DNA from: an uncultured Methanosarcinaceae archaeon
GTDB lineage: Archaea; Halobacteriota; Methanosarcinia; Methanosarcinales; Methanosarcinaceae
Direction of reading: 5' to 3'
Assembly: GCA_963833425.1 (NCBI GenBank)
Contig: CAWHXP010000008.1
Coordinates: 564,578 to 628,577, forward strand
DNA: 64,000 bases
Shown here: one piece after another, positions 46,410 through 57,769 of the stretch
How the letters are laid out: each line of letters starts with the position of its first letter
How positions within the stretch are numbered: position 1 is the first letter of the stretch
Notes under the pieces: model-generated
Told to the model about the DNA's origin: nothing
Database searches by the model: none
What the model saw: the letters and a program-made list of their open reading frames with translations, nothing else
Translations under genes and position numbers: made by a program

Positions 46410-47576
46410 ATATTTGAGAATGTAATTTATCTTGACAATGCCGCAAGCACCAGGTTGGATGAACGGGTACTTGAGGCGATGAAGCCTTACTTTTTTGATA
46501 CATATGCAGTAGCTACATCTGAATTTGGCTATTCTATGGGCATAGAATCAAAAGAAGGACTTGAAAGAGCTCGTGAAATCATAATTTCAAAACTCGAAGC
46601 AAGTTCCGGAGAGGTAATTTTCACTTCTGGTGACACGGAGTCGAGCAATGCAGCGCTTAAAGGAGTAGGTTGGGCTCTTAAGGAAAAGAAAGGAAAGCAT
46701 GTCATTGTCTCGAAGATAGAGGATTTTTCTGTGCTGAATACAGCAAAAGCCCTCCAAAAACAGGGGTTTGATGTGACTTTTCTGGACGTGGATTCAGAGG
46801 GATTTGCATGTATGGAAGAATTAAGAAAAGCGATTACAAAAGAGACAGTTCTTGTCTCGATTCAGCACGGAAATCAGGAAATAGGGACTGTGCAGGACCT
46901 GAAGGCTATCTCAGAAATATGTGAAGAAAAAGATGTGCTCCTGCATACAGATGCTACCCATAGCTTTACACGGCTTCCCCTAAGTGTGAAAGAATTGCCC
47001 ATAGACCTAATAACAATGTCAGCACATACCATTCACGGTCCGCGTGGAATAGGCGCTCTCTTCATCCGCAAAGATACCAGGATAAATAAATTCATGGATG
47101 GAGGTTTTCAAGAATTCAACTTGAGGGCAGGTGTCGAAAATATTCCCGGGGCTATAGGCTTTGGAAAGGCTATAGAACTCGTAACCGAAGGGGAAATAAG
47201 ACGTCTCAAGTCAATGAGAGATCGGGTAATTGATAAATCTCTTTCCGAAATCCCGGATGTTACCCTCAACGGAAACCGAGAGAAACGCTTACCACAGAAT
47301 GCAAACCTGACTTTCCATTATGTAGAGGGGGAATCCATAACTTTGCATATGGATATGAGGGGTTTTGCTGTGAGCACAGGTTCAGCTTGTTTTAGTCGTT
47401 CTCTAGAATCCAGTCACGTAATCAGAGGGATAGGAGGAGACCATGAGAGAGCCCACGGTTCTGTACGCTTTACATTCGGACGCTACAATCACATGGGCGA
47501 TGCTGACGCGGCAATTGATGCCATGAGTGAAGTTGTTGCAAAGCTCAGAGAAATAAGCCCACTTGTAAGAAAATAA
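46410..47576 (+). CDS. iscS: IscS/NifS-like protein lacking canonical PLP ligands
   Basis: IYLDNAAST, IFTSGDTES, NQEIGTVQ and STGSAC (active Cys) present; SAHTIHGP replaces SxHKxxGP; the in-frame start behind GAGGAGG is ATA (46410). Confidence 0.88.
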   Translation: MFENVIYLDNAASTRLDERVLEAMKPYFFDTYAVATSEFGYSMGIESKEGLERAREIIISKLEASSGEVIFTSGDTESSNAALKGVGWALKEKKGKHVIVSKIEDFSVLNTAKALQKQGFDVTFLDVDSEGFACMEELRKAITKETVLVSIQHGNQEIGTVQDLKAISEICEEKDVLLHTDATHSFTRLPLSVKELPIDLITMSAHTIHGPRGIGALFIRKDTRINKFMDGGFQEFNLRAGVENIPGAIGFGKAIELVTEGEIRRLKSMRDRVIDKSLSEIPDVTLNGNREKRLPQNANLTFHYVEGESITLHMDMRGFAVSTGSACFSRSLESSHVIRGIGGDHERAHGSVRFTFGRYNHMGDADAAIDAMSEVVAKLREISPLVRK

Positions 47577-47664
47577 AATTTAACAAAGGGTAAGCATATC
47601 ACAGGGAAAGTAGAATGAATGGAAAGCAGAATAATAAATTGAAGACGGAGAGATCGGTGAGACA

Positions 47665-48300
47665 ATGAAGTTTCCTTACAGTGAAAAAGTACTGGAGCAT
47701 TTCAGGAACCCACACAATGTGGGAAATATAGAAAATCCTGATGGAAAGGGCCTTGAAGGAAGCCCTGCATGTGGAGATATGGTTGCAGTTTATATCAAGG
47801 TAAGTCCCGAAACAAAGGTTATTGAAGATATAAAATTCGAATCTTATGGCTGTGCCTCAAACATTGCTACAGCTTCAGTTATTACAGATCTTGCCCGTGG
47901 AAAGACTCTCGATGAGGCAAAGAAGTTAACATGGAAACTGGCTTCTGAAGAACTTGGGGGTCTACCTCCGATCAAAGCTCACTGTTCGGTGCTTGCAGTT
48001 GAGGGTCTGCGTGCTGCTATCCGAGACTACGAAGAAAAGCATGGGCTTGTTCTCGAAAAAGAGAGAACAACCGAAGAAGTTGTCCGTCGCAGACTCAAGC
48101 ACGTTATGAACCCACTAACAGGCCTTGATATTATCCGCACGAACCTTATCCTTAAAATAAGTATTGAAGATGGAGTGGTGAGGGTGGTTGTCGACTTGCC
48201 GTCAGATCACCAATTTGCTTCGGCTATCAAGGAAGACATTACAGAAAAGCTGAGGTCTTTGTGGGATGTGGAAAGAATAAATGTAGTATTTACAGCATGA
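47665..48300 (+). CDS. iscU: IscU/NifU-type scaffold fused to a C-terminal DUF59-like domain
   Basis: YSEKVLEHFRNPHNVG, GSPACGD, GCAS and LPPIKAHC; C-terminal VRRRLKHVMNPLTGLDII. Confidence 0.92.
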   Translation: MKFPYSEKVLEHFRNPHNVGNIENPDGKGLEGSPACGDMVAVYIKVSPETKVIEDIKFESYGCASNIATASVITDLARGKTLDEAKKLTWKLASEELGGLPPIKAHCSVLAVEGLRAAIRDYEEKHGLVLEKERTTEEVVRRRLKHVMNPLTGLDIIRTNLILKISIEDGVVRVVVDLPSDHQFASAIKEDITEKLRSLWDVERINVVFTA

Positions 48301-48695
48301 AGGGAAGTATAACAGGAATCGGATAGGTTAAATTAAAACTAGAATATTATTAACAATTTTTTTTCTATAGTCTTTTTTATTTTGTTTTTATGAAGAGAAG
48401 GCAGATATTCTTCAATCATACAAATGCATATTCCTTGCACTGAAAATTTAGTCATAAAAACACCCACCATTAATGTTGAAAAAAATCTACTTTTGGTAAT
48501 TAGCATAGATGCAAATAATCTATTAAAAATGCTATTTTTTTTAGAACTGTCTAAACTATATTAATAGTATAGATGAAAATGTGATAATTGAACAATAAGG
48601 CAATATATTAAGGAATCGTAGAAAAAAACTAGGCTCTCAAAACTTTGCTGGGAAGATCCGATACTTTTAATACTTCATAATGCTGCTATCTTTTG

Positions 48696-49565
48696 ATGTC
48701 TGCCGGTGTACACACATATATGGAGTTGATTAGGTACAAAAATTGCCTAATGGCAGGTTTTGCGGCTACAATAGGAACGATTATAACTGAAAATATTATA
48801 GCATCAGATGCTTTTGACTTGTTTCATTTGAAAGACTACCCTCTTCTTGATATGGGGCTTGTATTTTTGGTAGTATTTCTAATTTCAGGTGCAGGAAATG
48901 CCATTAATGACTATTTTGACTTTAAGATAGATTCAATCAACCGCCCTGAACGCCCTATCCCCTCGGGAAGAGTGAAATTAAAGGAAGCCATGTATTTGTC
49001 TTATCTCCTGTTCACTTTGGGAACTTTTCTGGCTTTTTCGATCCAACATATTTGTGGGTTTATTGCCTTTTTTAATTCTTTAATGCTAATCCTTTATGCA
49101 AAAACCCTTAAAAGTACCCCTTTTTTAGGAAACATAAGCATAGGCTATCTTACGGGTTCAACATTTTTGTTCGGAGCTTCTGTTTTTGGATTTGGAGGGC
49201 TTAAAGCTCTTTCTGTACTTTTTGTGCTTTCAGCTCTTACTACAACTGCCAGGGAAATTGTTAAGGATATTGAAGATATGGAGGGAGATCAGATGGAAGG
49301 AATAGATACCCTACCTCTTAGGATTGGAGCAAAAAAAGCGAGCTATATTGCAGCGCTAATGGGTTTCCTTGCCATATTTTTAAGCCCTCTTCCTTACCTC
49401 ATGTCAGTACTTGGCTTGCGTTATCTTTACTTCGTCCTTCTGGCGGACTTGGGTCTCTTTGCGGCTATCCACCAAATCCTCGCTCTTAAAAATCCGGCGA
49501 AATCTTCGAAAATGTTCAAAATCGCAATGTTTTTTGCTCTTCTAGCTTTCATTGCCGGAGTTTAA
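48696..49565 (+). CDS. digeranylgeranylglyceryl phosphate synthase (UbiA family)
   Basis: [25 protein letters not shown] and [14 protein letters not shown] motifs. Confidence 0.92.
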   Translation: MSAGVHTYMELIRYKNCLMAGFAATIGTIITENIIASDAFDLFHLKDYPLLDMGLVFLVVFLISGAGNAINDYFDFKIDSINRPERPIPSGRVKLKEAMYLSYLLFTLGTFLAFSIQHICGFIAFFNSLMLILYAKTLKSTPFLGNISIGYLTGSTFLFGASVFGFGGLKALSVLFVLSALTTTAREIVKDIEDMEGDQMEGIDTLPLRIGAKKASYIAALMGFLAIFLSPLPYLMSVLGLRYLYFVLLADLGLFAAIHQILALKNPAKSSKMFKIAMFFALLAFIAGV

Positions 49566-49920
49566 ATCATTTCAAATAAATTTCTCAAACCGATTCTCAA
49601 TGACTCTTTTATTAAAAAAGATGCTTCTGTGTTGTCAATCATCTTTTATAAGAGCTACTAAAAGTAAATTTGATTTTTTGGTCATGATTAAGAATTAGTG
49701 AAGTACTAAACATAGATACTTCTAGAACTTCAGTTATGGCTAAAAAAATAACCGGCGCATAGAAGCTGAAAATAGCTATGAATGTTGAGATTTCCTGTTC
49801 AATAGATTTGGACACGACCTAAACTTCTCTAAAAGGTTATAAGCTTTCTAGCAAGGAAGGAAAGCGAAATTCAAGAACTTCTGAGCTTTATCAGCTTTTG
49901 AGTTTAGATGACTTATAAAA

Positions 49921-50223
49921 TTAGGTATTAAAATCAAGTCGGACATCGATCACGGAATCCTCGTTTGCTTCAATTTTAGAAATTGTCAACAAATTACCTT
50001 TTCTGTCTAATAATGTAGCTTTTGTTACTTGAACTTGATGACCATCTGCCTGTTTCTTATTGTTGTTTTTGTGAATAACCAGAATTTTCTGGCCCACTTC
50101 AGCTCCTTCTCCAATTGTGGAAAAAATATTTTGTATGACCTGCTCAAAATCAGAATAAATTAAAATTTCCGACTTATTTGCAACCTTCTTAATGATGCCA
50201 ATCGGTTCCAGATTGAGGTGCAT
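49921..50223 (-). CDS. hypothetical protein, possibly a reduced TsaA/TrmO-like beta-barrel
   Basis: LEPIGII...ATLLDRKGNLLTISKIEA..SVIDVR echoes TsaA N- and C-terminal motifs; core motif missing. Confidence 0.55.
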   Translation of the reverse strand: MHLNLEPIGIIKKVANKSEILIYSDFEQVIQNIFSTIGEGAEVGQKILVIHKNNNKKQADGHQVQVTKATLLDRKGNLLTISKIEANEDSVIDVRLDFNT

Positions 50224-50747
50224 ATCAGCTTTCCTTCTTTACCTGTTAGCACAGGTATCATCAAATAATATTAAGTTTGGGTAATAATAATTTAAGATGT
50301 GTAATATTTTGTCCATTATATTTGGAATGATTTTGGTTTTGAATATTCGTCAGTTGTACATAATAACAAATATATATACTTTACCAAAAAATCGGGCCTG
50401 GCCATGAAATATCTAATGGATATGATTTAAATTGAAAAAAATTGACATATTTTTCCATTAAAATAGTGATGAACATGAATCAATTTATCAAAATCTAGCA
50501 AAATCAAAGTTTTACTTAAAATATTATTTTCTAATGTTTATCATTTACTCTTTTCAGAGAGTAGTTCCAGTGCCATAAAGGATTAGGTGCTAGACTTTTG
50601 CGCTTTTAAAAATATACAATTATCTTTATTTGTCAGAAAAATTTCAAATACAAAAATAACCTTCTTTCCTTCTTTAATAGTAAATTCAAAATTTCATTTC
50701 TACCAAAGAAGTGGTGTTAAGAGCATGCTTATGGTAATGAGTAGAAT

Positions 50748-51071
50748 TTAATGATATTTCCTGCGGTTGAATTCGTAAATAGCATCATCAACTTTGCTCG
50801 AGAGTTCATTCATTCTTTCGTCGATTTTGGTTTCAGTACTCTCTAAATTTACTTTTAGAGTACGATCTTTTGATTCTATCTTATTTTCAAATTCCTGAAG
50901 CTTGTTATTGATAGAGATAATCATAACAGCTAGTGTTCCAACTAAGATCATAACCGAGAGAATAATTAGGGGATTTGTGGATGCATATTCAAATCTTCGA
51001 AGCCATTCAAAAGATAAAAGGAAAGATGACAGAACCATCACAACAAGAAATACAGTATCTCTAGTTTCCAT
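50748..51071 (-). CDS. membrane protein with two TM helices and a coiled-coil tail
   Basis: GAGGT SD, two hydrophobic segments, heptad-like C-terminus. Confidence 0.75.
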   Translation of the reverse strand: METRDTVFLVVMVLSSFLLSFEWLRRFEYASTNPLIILSVMILVGTLAVMIISINNKLQEFENKIESKDRTLKVNLESTETKIDERMNELSSKVDDAIYEFNRRKYH

Positions 51072-52721
51072 AGTTATACCTCTAGTGTACCTTTAGAAAT
51101 TTTCTTCATTATCAAAATTTCCATGTTATAAAATGTTTAATATATTATGTGGAGATATTTACATTAAACTATTAAGTCCAAAAGGAAGTATATCCATATT
51201 ACGGAGGATTTTTGACAATTGATAATTTACGGAACGATTCGGAAATTATTGAGTGGGCTGATACTCTATACTCACTCAAGATCATTGGAAGAAATGCTTT
51301 GCTAGCCATTGAACAATTTCTGAATGGACCGAAAAACCTCCGGATGAACCGTCAAGTTGAGCTGAGTGGGAGTTAAATCTCGTTATCTGATGCGACAATG
51401 CAGTATAAAAAAGTATCTAATTGGATCCCGAAAGCACTTGCAAGAATGGAATAAAATTCCGACCTAATTGCTAAGACAACGTAGTAAGAGCCAAGAGCTT
51501 TTACCAGAACTTCACGAGTGAGATACCAACTTTACAAGGGGCTTGAACCAAACAGTGTCATTCGGAGACAATAGATATGCTCACGAAAGATGATCTCAGG
51601 AGATCCTTAAAGTACGTGATCTATTAGAAAAAGCTGTCTTGCATGCAGGAGTGGCAAGAATTAAGCGTAAATAGAATCTGAAACCTGAAGGTTAGAAATC
51701 TTTAAAGCGGTGTGTGACCCTGAACCTGAAATTACAAATTTTGATTTGCGTAGTGGAAATGTTAGCTTCGATTTTGTGACTTTCTTACTCCTAAACGATC
51801 CTTCTAGTATGGACCAATCTGGATTACCGAGGTAGGACCAGTAAAAATGTGAGAATAATCCGGATGCAGTAGGTAGAAAAGTTGGTAATTTTTTATGATT
51901 TCAGCTATCTTTTTGGTGGCTGGTGTGTCCTGGGTCACTATCTAAAAACTAAGTACGAGGATTTGCGGAAGCTGTAACATCCAATTTTTAATTTCAGAAA
52001 AATACAGCAAAGAAGCATGGAATTTGAGAAGTTTTCATACCATCTTCTTTAAACCCAAGATAATAATGATCTTACTCTATTTTATAAGCTTAAGTAATTC
52101 AGCAAATTTCTTTCCAGATCATTAATCAATAAACGAAATCCCAGCCAACACGATATGTTTTTGATTTACGATATTAGAGCTCATGTACAAGAAAAAAATA
52201 AAAATAAAAAGCTGCATGTATTAATTAAAAAAAGTAAATAGGTTGATCATGGCAAGGCCTTCTAAATTAATCCTCGATATAGAGCATAGCGGATTGATGA
52301 TAACGTTGCGTTAGAACTTTCAGACTCTCCTGTGAGCTAATCTGTGGACGTGACATATTAAGCATTCAATGAATAGATGAAAAATGTAAAAAATTCAAAA
52401 TCCATGTAGGATTTTCAGTTTTTACAATAAACTCAGAAATGTTATCTGATGCAATTATAAAACTTCTTGAGTACTTAAAAAAGGCAGAAATAGGGAAACT
52501 GTCGATCAGTATTTAGATTTTAGAACGATATTTCTCGGAAGGCTAGGCATAGGTGAATATCAAAAAGATGTTGTTTCAGAGAATAAAAATCAATATCAAT
52601 CAATTGTCCAAGAATTAAATGGAATGAGGGTACAAATTATTGAGAAGTTTGATCGGACTTGAGAAAGGTACGAGTCACCAATTTTTAAACTTTCTCATTT
52701 GAACTCGACCTATTTTTGTTA

Positions 52722-52807
52722 GAGGATTCTGATAATCATAGTTTTTGGCTGGTTATTTATAAATTCTATATACAATTTGTTTAAATCGGGGATTTTTCGA
52801 AATCCTC
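52722..52807. mobile_element. 86-bp mini-MITE with IS5-like ends
   Basis: Imperfect inverted ends GAGGATTCTGATAATC / GATTTTTCGAAATCCTC, flanked on both sides by TTA. Confidence 0.5.
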
Positions 52808-52902
52808 TTAATAATATTTGTTTATATTCCTCCGGTTCGTTTTTTCGTTTTTTACTCCCAAGATAGCTTTTTACCTTTCGATTATGTAAGTCAAAATAAA
52901 TT

Positions 52903-53265
52903 TCAGCAGGTTACGTGGAACATTCCAATTACTTTTCCTTTGCTTTTGTTCCACAGTTTAATTGCTTTGGGGGTGGGAAGTAGTTTTGCTTTGCAATCTC
53001 TTTCTTCGAAAAATTTACCGGCTTTTTTTGAAAGCTCAACGTATCCTGTTTGGCCAGTACCAATAATTAGCTTTTCCGCTCCCTTATCATAGATATATTT
53101 AGCCTCAGCTAGCGAAATTTTGTGGGAGGTTCCATATCTTTTTTTTGAAAGTTCTTTTCGGCGCTTTTCGGTTTGGCCATTCTTATGGATGATGATATCA
53201 TGCTCATAGGTCTTACTTTTAACCGTAATCGAACCAAAACTGGTTGAATTTATCTTCGGTTTCAT
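52903..53265 (-). CDS. Mth938-like (DUF498) protein
   Basis: FGSITV..KTYEHDIII, GTSH, LIIGTGQTG, PTPKAI and FHVTC motifs. Confidence 0.9.
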   Translation of the reverse strand: MKPKINSTSFGSITVKSKTYEHDIIIHKNGQTEKRRKELSKKRYGTSHKISLAEAKYIYDKGAEKLIIGTGQTGYVELSKKAGKFFEERDCKAKLLPTPKAIKLWNKSKGKVIGMFHVTC

Positions 53266-54019
53266 GGTTTTCTCCTTTCATAATGTCTCTTTAGATGTCT
53301 TTTTCGCATTTTTTTCTGGTTTCTACTCTTAATTTAGAGAATTTCGATAACCTTTGGATTTAATGGATCATTTATATATTCTTGAGGACTTACTCACTTG
53401 AGATATAAATCAAATTCTTTGTACGTTATAGTTAAATTTGTGCTTTAAACAATTTAAGGTTAAAACCTCTTGACATTTTTTTTAAACCGCGTAAGTTCCG
53501 TTCGTTACGAATTATTAGTGGTTTGATTTTACCAAATGCAGCTTATTGAATATTTCTTTCGCAGAATTGGATGTTATTAATGACTGATTAAAATTTTCAA
53601 AGAGTGGTAATTCAGACTATCCTTGTGGTAAATTTGTAGCATCGAAAAAAAACTTTATATCTTTCCATAATCTAGAGCACAGTGTGCAATAGTTATCATA
53701 AACTATTTCATCTGAATTACTTGCAGGAAGTACTTACTGGATTCTAGGACTGATATATTATCATCATGTTTATGGAATATGATGGAGCTCAGGGACCGCG
53801 AGACAAAAAAAGTGACTTTTTCAACGTGTGGAAACATCTTATCAAATCCCCACAAAATATGTTCAGCTAGAAGCCAGAGAAAATCAGCAATCCATCTTCA
53901 AGAAAAAGAAAATCGAGACAATGGAACGAATAATAAATCGAGCAGAAGAGAAATAGAAATTTCTAATAAGTAAAGTGATACCATCAAAGTTGAAACTTAC
54001 ACATTATGCACAAAGTAAA

Positions 54020-55149
54020 GAGTATTTCGATAAACTTCGGATTTATTTCTTAGCAGGAATTTCTCATATCTTCCCCTAAATTTCTCTATTTAATTCCTCT
54101 TTTTGGCTTTACTTATTCTCAATTCTTTGATTTTAAAGATAGCTTCCGCTATCTTCAATATACTTTTTTATTTTCAATTTCCTCAATTGATGGAGATTAT
54201 AACAAAAAGCCGTACACAACATTTTTAGATTTACTCTTTTAACAGTAGTAACAAAAACTCTTCCTGCTTTGAAAATTTCTTTAGTTACTGAACAACCTCT
54301 TTCCCCTTTGACTCTTTTTGAGCTAATTCTCTTATTTCTTAATATATCCTTTATTCCCAGCGTATGTCCTTTGACTGCTCTTTTCATTGTTGCATTATAC
54401 CCTTTCGTTTTTGCTCAAAGTATCCTCTGTCCCTATAAACCACTTCATTTTCCTCTGTCACATCTACATACGAATCATGTACTTACGCAGTTGTTGTTTT
54501 GAATCTTCTGATCAGCTCATAATCTCTGTCTATTATATTATGAAGCTTATATCCAAAGTGAGACTTGCCTCCCTTCTTTGTCCATGTTCCGTCTCTGCTT
54601 CTTCTTGTTTTTGCCTCATCTCTCTGCTTTTGCGTGTCCTGGATCTGAATGGATAAAAGTAGCATCCTGAATAATTCCCTGCTTTATCTGTAAACCCAGA
54701 GCATAGAGTTGGCCTTGCAACTTTCCCCATATTTTCTTTGAAATTCTCGATAATTCTCTCCCTAAATAGCCATACAGTAGTACTGTCAGGTACGTATTCC
54801 GGAAATCCAAGGAATTTTCTAAAGGAAATTCGATCTATACACTGTTTCTCAAGTTCAAATCAGAGAGCCCATGCCATTGTTGTAAAACAAGCATTTTAAA
54901 CATCACAATAACATCAGTTTCAGGTCGCCCTCATGAAACGGTTTTGTTAATAGACATAGACTCAAGAATAATAAGAAAAGTTTTCCAATCAATTAAGGAA
55001 TCAATTTCAGCAATCTTATCTCCAACAAATTCAAGACGTTTATACTCTTCTTTAAGAGCAAAATCAGTAAGAGTTTTCATGAATATACATAAATATTGAC
55101 AAATTTAAAGCCAACCATGCTCAAGAACAGGGAGGTTATCGAAATTCTC
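54020..55149 (-). mobile_element. IS5-family insertion sequence; transposase 54133-55080 inactivated
   Basis: Inverted repeats GAGTATTTCGATAAACTTC / GGAGGTTATCGAAATTCTC and a 4-bp TAAA duplication; transposase motifs LQQWHGLSD, IIQDATFI, SRDGTWTKKGGKSHFGYKLH and YRDRGY broken by stops and frameshifts. Confidence 0.9.
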
Positions 55150-55879
55150 TAAAGTTTTATAAATGTTATAGCTAAAAAAATGGTTTTTAGAATATTACGA
55201 GCTTAGTGATATTGATTTTCCACATCAACTTCGTAAGTCCCACGTACTTTGGAAAAGAGAGTTTTGAGACTTTTTAATATCTTCTGAGTAGTCAAAATCT
55301 ATCATTAACTTCACTAGCATGTAACGCATTTAACAATAACCAGATAATATTAAAAATTTTCAAAATTGGCATATATACAACGTAACGTTCAATAATTCTG
55401 AATATCAAGTTTACGGAATAGAATTCTGATTTAAATATTTGTGTCTAAATGCATATCATGAGAGTCAATAAGGGTATGTTTTAGAGGTTACAATAAGGAG
55501 CATAAATACCTACTTTGATCAAAATTTCACTAGGTAAGTTTGATACTTCAAAGTCAGTCTGCGTTGTAGAGCTACGTTCTAGATCTAGTTAATCCCTAAT
55601 AATTTATACAAATTTGACTAATAAACGACAGACTTCTAATCTACTATATCTATATCCACAAGAAAAAGACAGATTTTTTTATGGGTATGATAGTGAAAAG
55701 GGACATAAATTTGCGCTCCATTTCAGTCTTCGGTAGAAAATGTTCCTTATTTAAGAAAAAAGATTGAAAATAAATAAATGTCAGTAAAGAGAATTTTATA
55801 TATGATGCAAGAAAACAAAAGGCAGTCAAATATACAAAAGTATAAAAAGCATATTTCTAAGAATTAAGGAGTTTAACAC

Positions 55880-56776
55880 TTGAGTTCAAGCGAACGTTCA
55901 ATTAAAGATTATTTGCCTATTCTTCCTATGGGAGGACTTATCATTGCGGTCCAGATTCTTGCACTATTTTTATCCACACCCATGGAAGTTAGCGGGATGA
56001 AAACTTTTGAGGACCCAACTCAACTGTCCAACGCTGTCTATTATATGGGGTTAATATTGGTTTTCACTTTATTTGTCTTGATTGCAGTAAAGAAAAATAT
56101 GAAATTTATTATCAGCTTACTCATATATTTCGCCATAATAAGCACTCTCTATTATGTATTCTATGCTCTTTTTACCCTCCTGCAGCTTCTCTCCGGGTTC
56201 GAAGCCGTTATCTCAATTATGGCATCTGTAGGAGTTACAGCGCTGCTTTACAAGTACCCTGAATGGTACTTAATCGACCTCGTAGGAGTTTGCACTGCAG
56301 GTGGAGTAAGTGCTTTGATCGGAATTTCCCTTTCAGTTATCCCTGTTGTGTGTCTCTTAATTCTCCTTGCAATTTATGATGCCATATCGGTGTACAAGAC
56401 AAAGCATATGATAACCATGGCCGAGGGTATTATGGATCTAAAACTTCCCATTCTATTTGTGATTCCAAAGCACTCAAAGTATTCCTTTCTACAAGAAAAC
56501 TTTAAAAGGGGAACGGAACATGAAGCTTTTTTTATGGGCCTTGGGGATGCCATAATGCCCACGCTTCTTGTGGTCTCAGCAAGCATTTTTATGCACACCA
56601 CTGGGAGAAACACATATCCAGTACTAGGAGCAATGTTGGGTACTCTTGCAGGGTTTGTAGCGCTTTTTGTTCTCGTAATGAATGGAAAACCACAAGCAGG
56701 ACTTCCTTTCATGAACTCAGGAGTAATCCTTGGATTTTTTATCGGTGTTCTGCTATCTGGGGCTTCAATTACTTGA
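55880..56776 (+). CDS. presenilin/SPP-family intramembrane aspartyl protease (PSH)
   Basis: Catalytic IYDA and GLGD motifs, PQAGLP, many TM segments. Confidence 0.93.
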   Translation: MSSSERSIKDYLPILPMGGLIIAVQILALFLSTPMEVSGMKTFEDPTQLSNAVYYMGLILVFTLFVLIAVKKNMKFIISLLIYFAIISTLYYVFYALFTLLQLLSGFEAVISIMASVGVTALLYKYPEWYLIDLVGVCTAGGVSALIGISLSVIPVVCLLILLAIYDAISVYKTKHMITMAEGIMDLKLPILFVIPKHSKYSFLQENFKRGTEHEAFFMGLGDAIMPTLLVVSASIFMHTTGRNTYPVLGAMLGTLAGFVALFVLVMNGKPQAGLPFMNSGVILGFFIGVLLSGASIT

Positions 56777-56888
56777 AAGAAGAAATCTACTTAATCCAAG
56801 TTTTCATTTTTTGTATAAAATTCCGATTCCTTGTAGTTCTTTTGGCTTTTGCATAGATTTTTGTTATTTTGTAACTTTATTACTTAAT

Positions 56889-57689
56889 ATGGCTAAAAAA
56901 ATTGCAGTGGTTTTTGACAGTGCTGGAACCCTCTTACATATGTACAGAGTTGCAAAAGAAGCCAGCACCGGGAATATTCTTGAAAATATAGAGAGCACTG
57001 CTATTGTCGCTCAAAAAAATGGATGTGGGCTTGTTGTTCTAAATATCGAAAGCGATATAATTCTGGGTTCGAGGAAAGATATGCCTTTGTTTGAGTTTAT
57101 AAAAGAACATAGAATTTCACTAGGTATAAGTTGCTCAAAAGGAAAATTTCCCCCATCTATTGCCTACGAGATTATAGACGGAACAGCACTTTGTATGAGC
57201 GAGTTGCATGAAGTATTGGAAATGGTTACATACAGCCGCCCGAACATTTTTTATCGTGCTTCGGGATTGATAATTGACTCAGAATCAAGAGGCGTGCCCT
57301 ATGTACTTAGTACAGGTGGGCAGGTATTCAGCACTACGCTACAAACTGTTAGGACTCTTCATTCGATGAAAGTGGACACTTATATAGCGTCAGGGGATGG
57401 AGTTTTCGCCCTCACTAAACTTGCTAAACTCCTAAACATTCCTCAGAAAAAAGTCTTTGCCCTTTCAAATATATTTATGAAGGAGAACTTAGTGCTTGAA
57501 CTGAAAAGGAAGTACGAAAAAGTAGTTATGGTAGGTGATGGGATCAATGACATATTGGCTCTTAGAGCAGCAGACGTAGGAATAATGACAACACAGCAAG
57601 GAGACCAAAGACCTAAAAAACTACGAGAAGCAGCAGATATGGTAATTGATGATATTATTGAAGTTGTGGAGGTAGTGAAAAGGCTGTAA
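56889..57689 (+). CDS. HAD-superfamily hydrolase (soluble P-type ATPase-like)
   Basis: VFDSAGT, IASGD and MVGDGINDILA motifs. Confidence 0.88.
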   Translation: MAKKIAVVFDSAGTLLHMYRVAKEASTGNILENIESTAIVAQKNGCGLVVLNIESDIILGSRKDMPLFEFIKEHRISLGISCSKGKFPPSIAYEIIDGTALCMSELHEVLEMVTYSRPNIFYRASGLIIDSESRGVPYVLSTGGQVFSTTLQTVRTLHSMKVDTYIASGDGVFALTKLAKLLNIPQKKVFALSNIFMKENLVLELKRKYEKVVMVGDGINDILALRAADVGIMTTQQGDQRPKKLREAADMVIDDIIEVVEVVKRL

Positions 57690-57769
57690 TTAGCCTATAT
57701 TGGATATAGTCATAAAGAGGATTTTGAGAAATCTCTGACATTAATTGGTTATTTATATATCATTTTTTT

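Noticed and set aside
51200..52680. Coding-like decayed sequence, possible defence gene relics
   Set aside because: Stops in all frames and no motif I can support.
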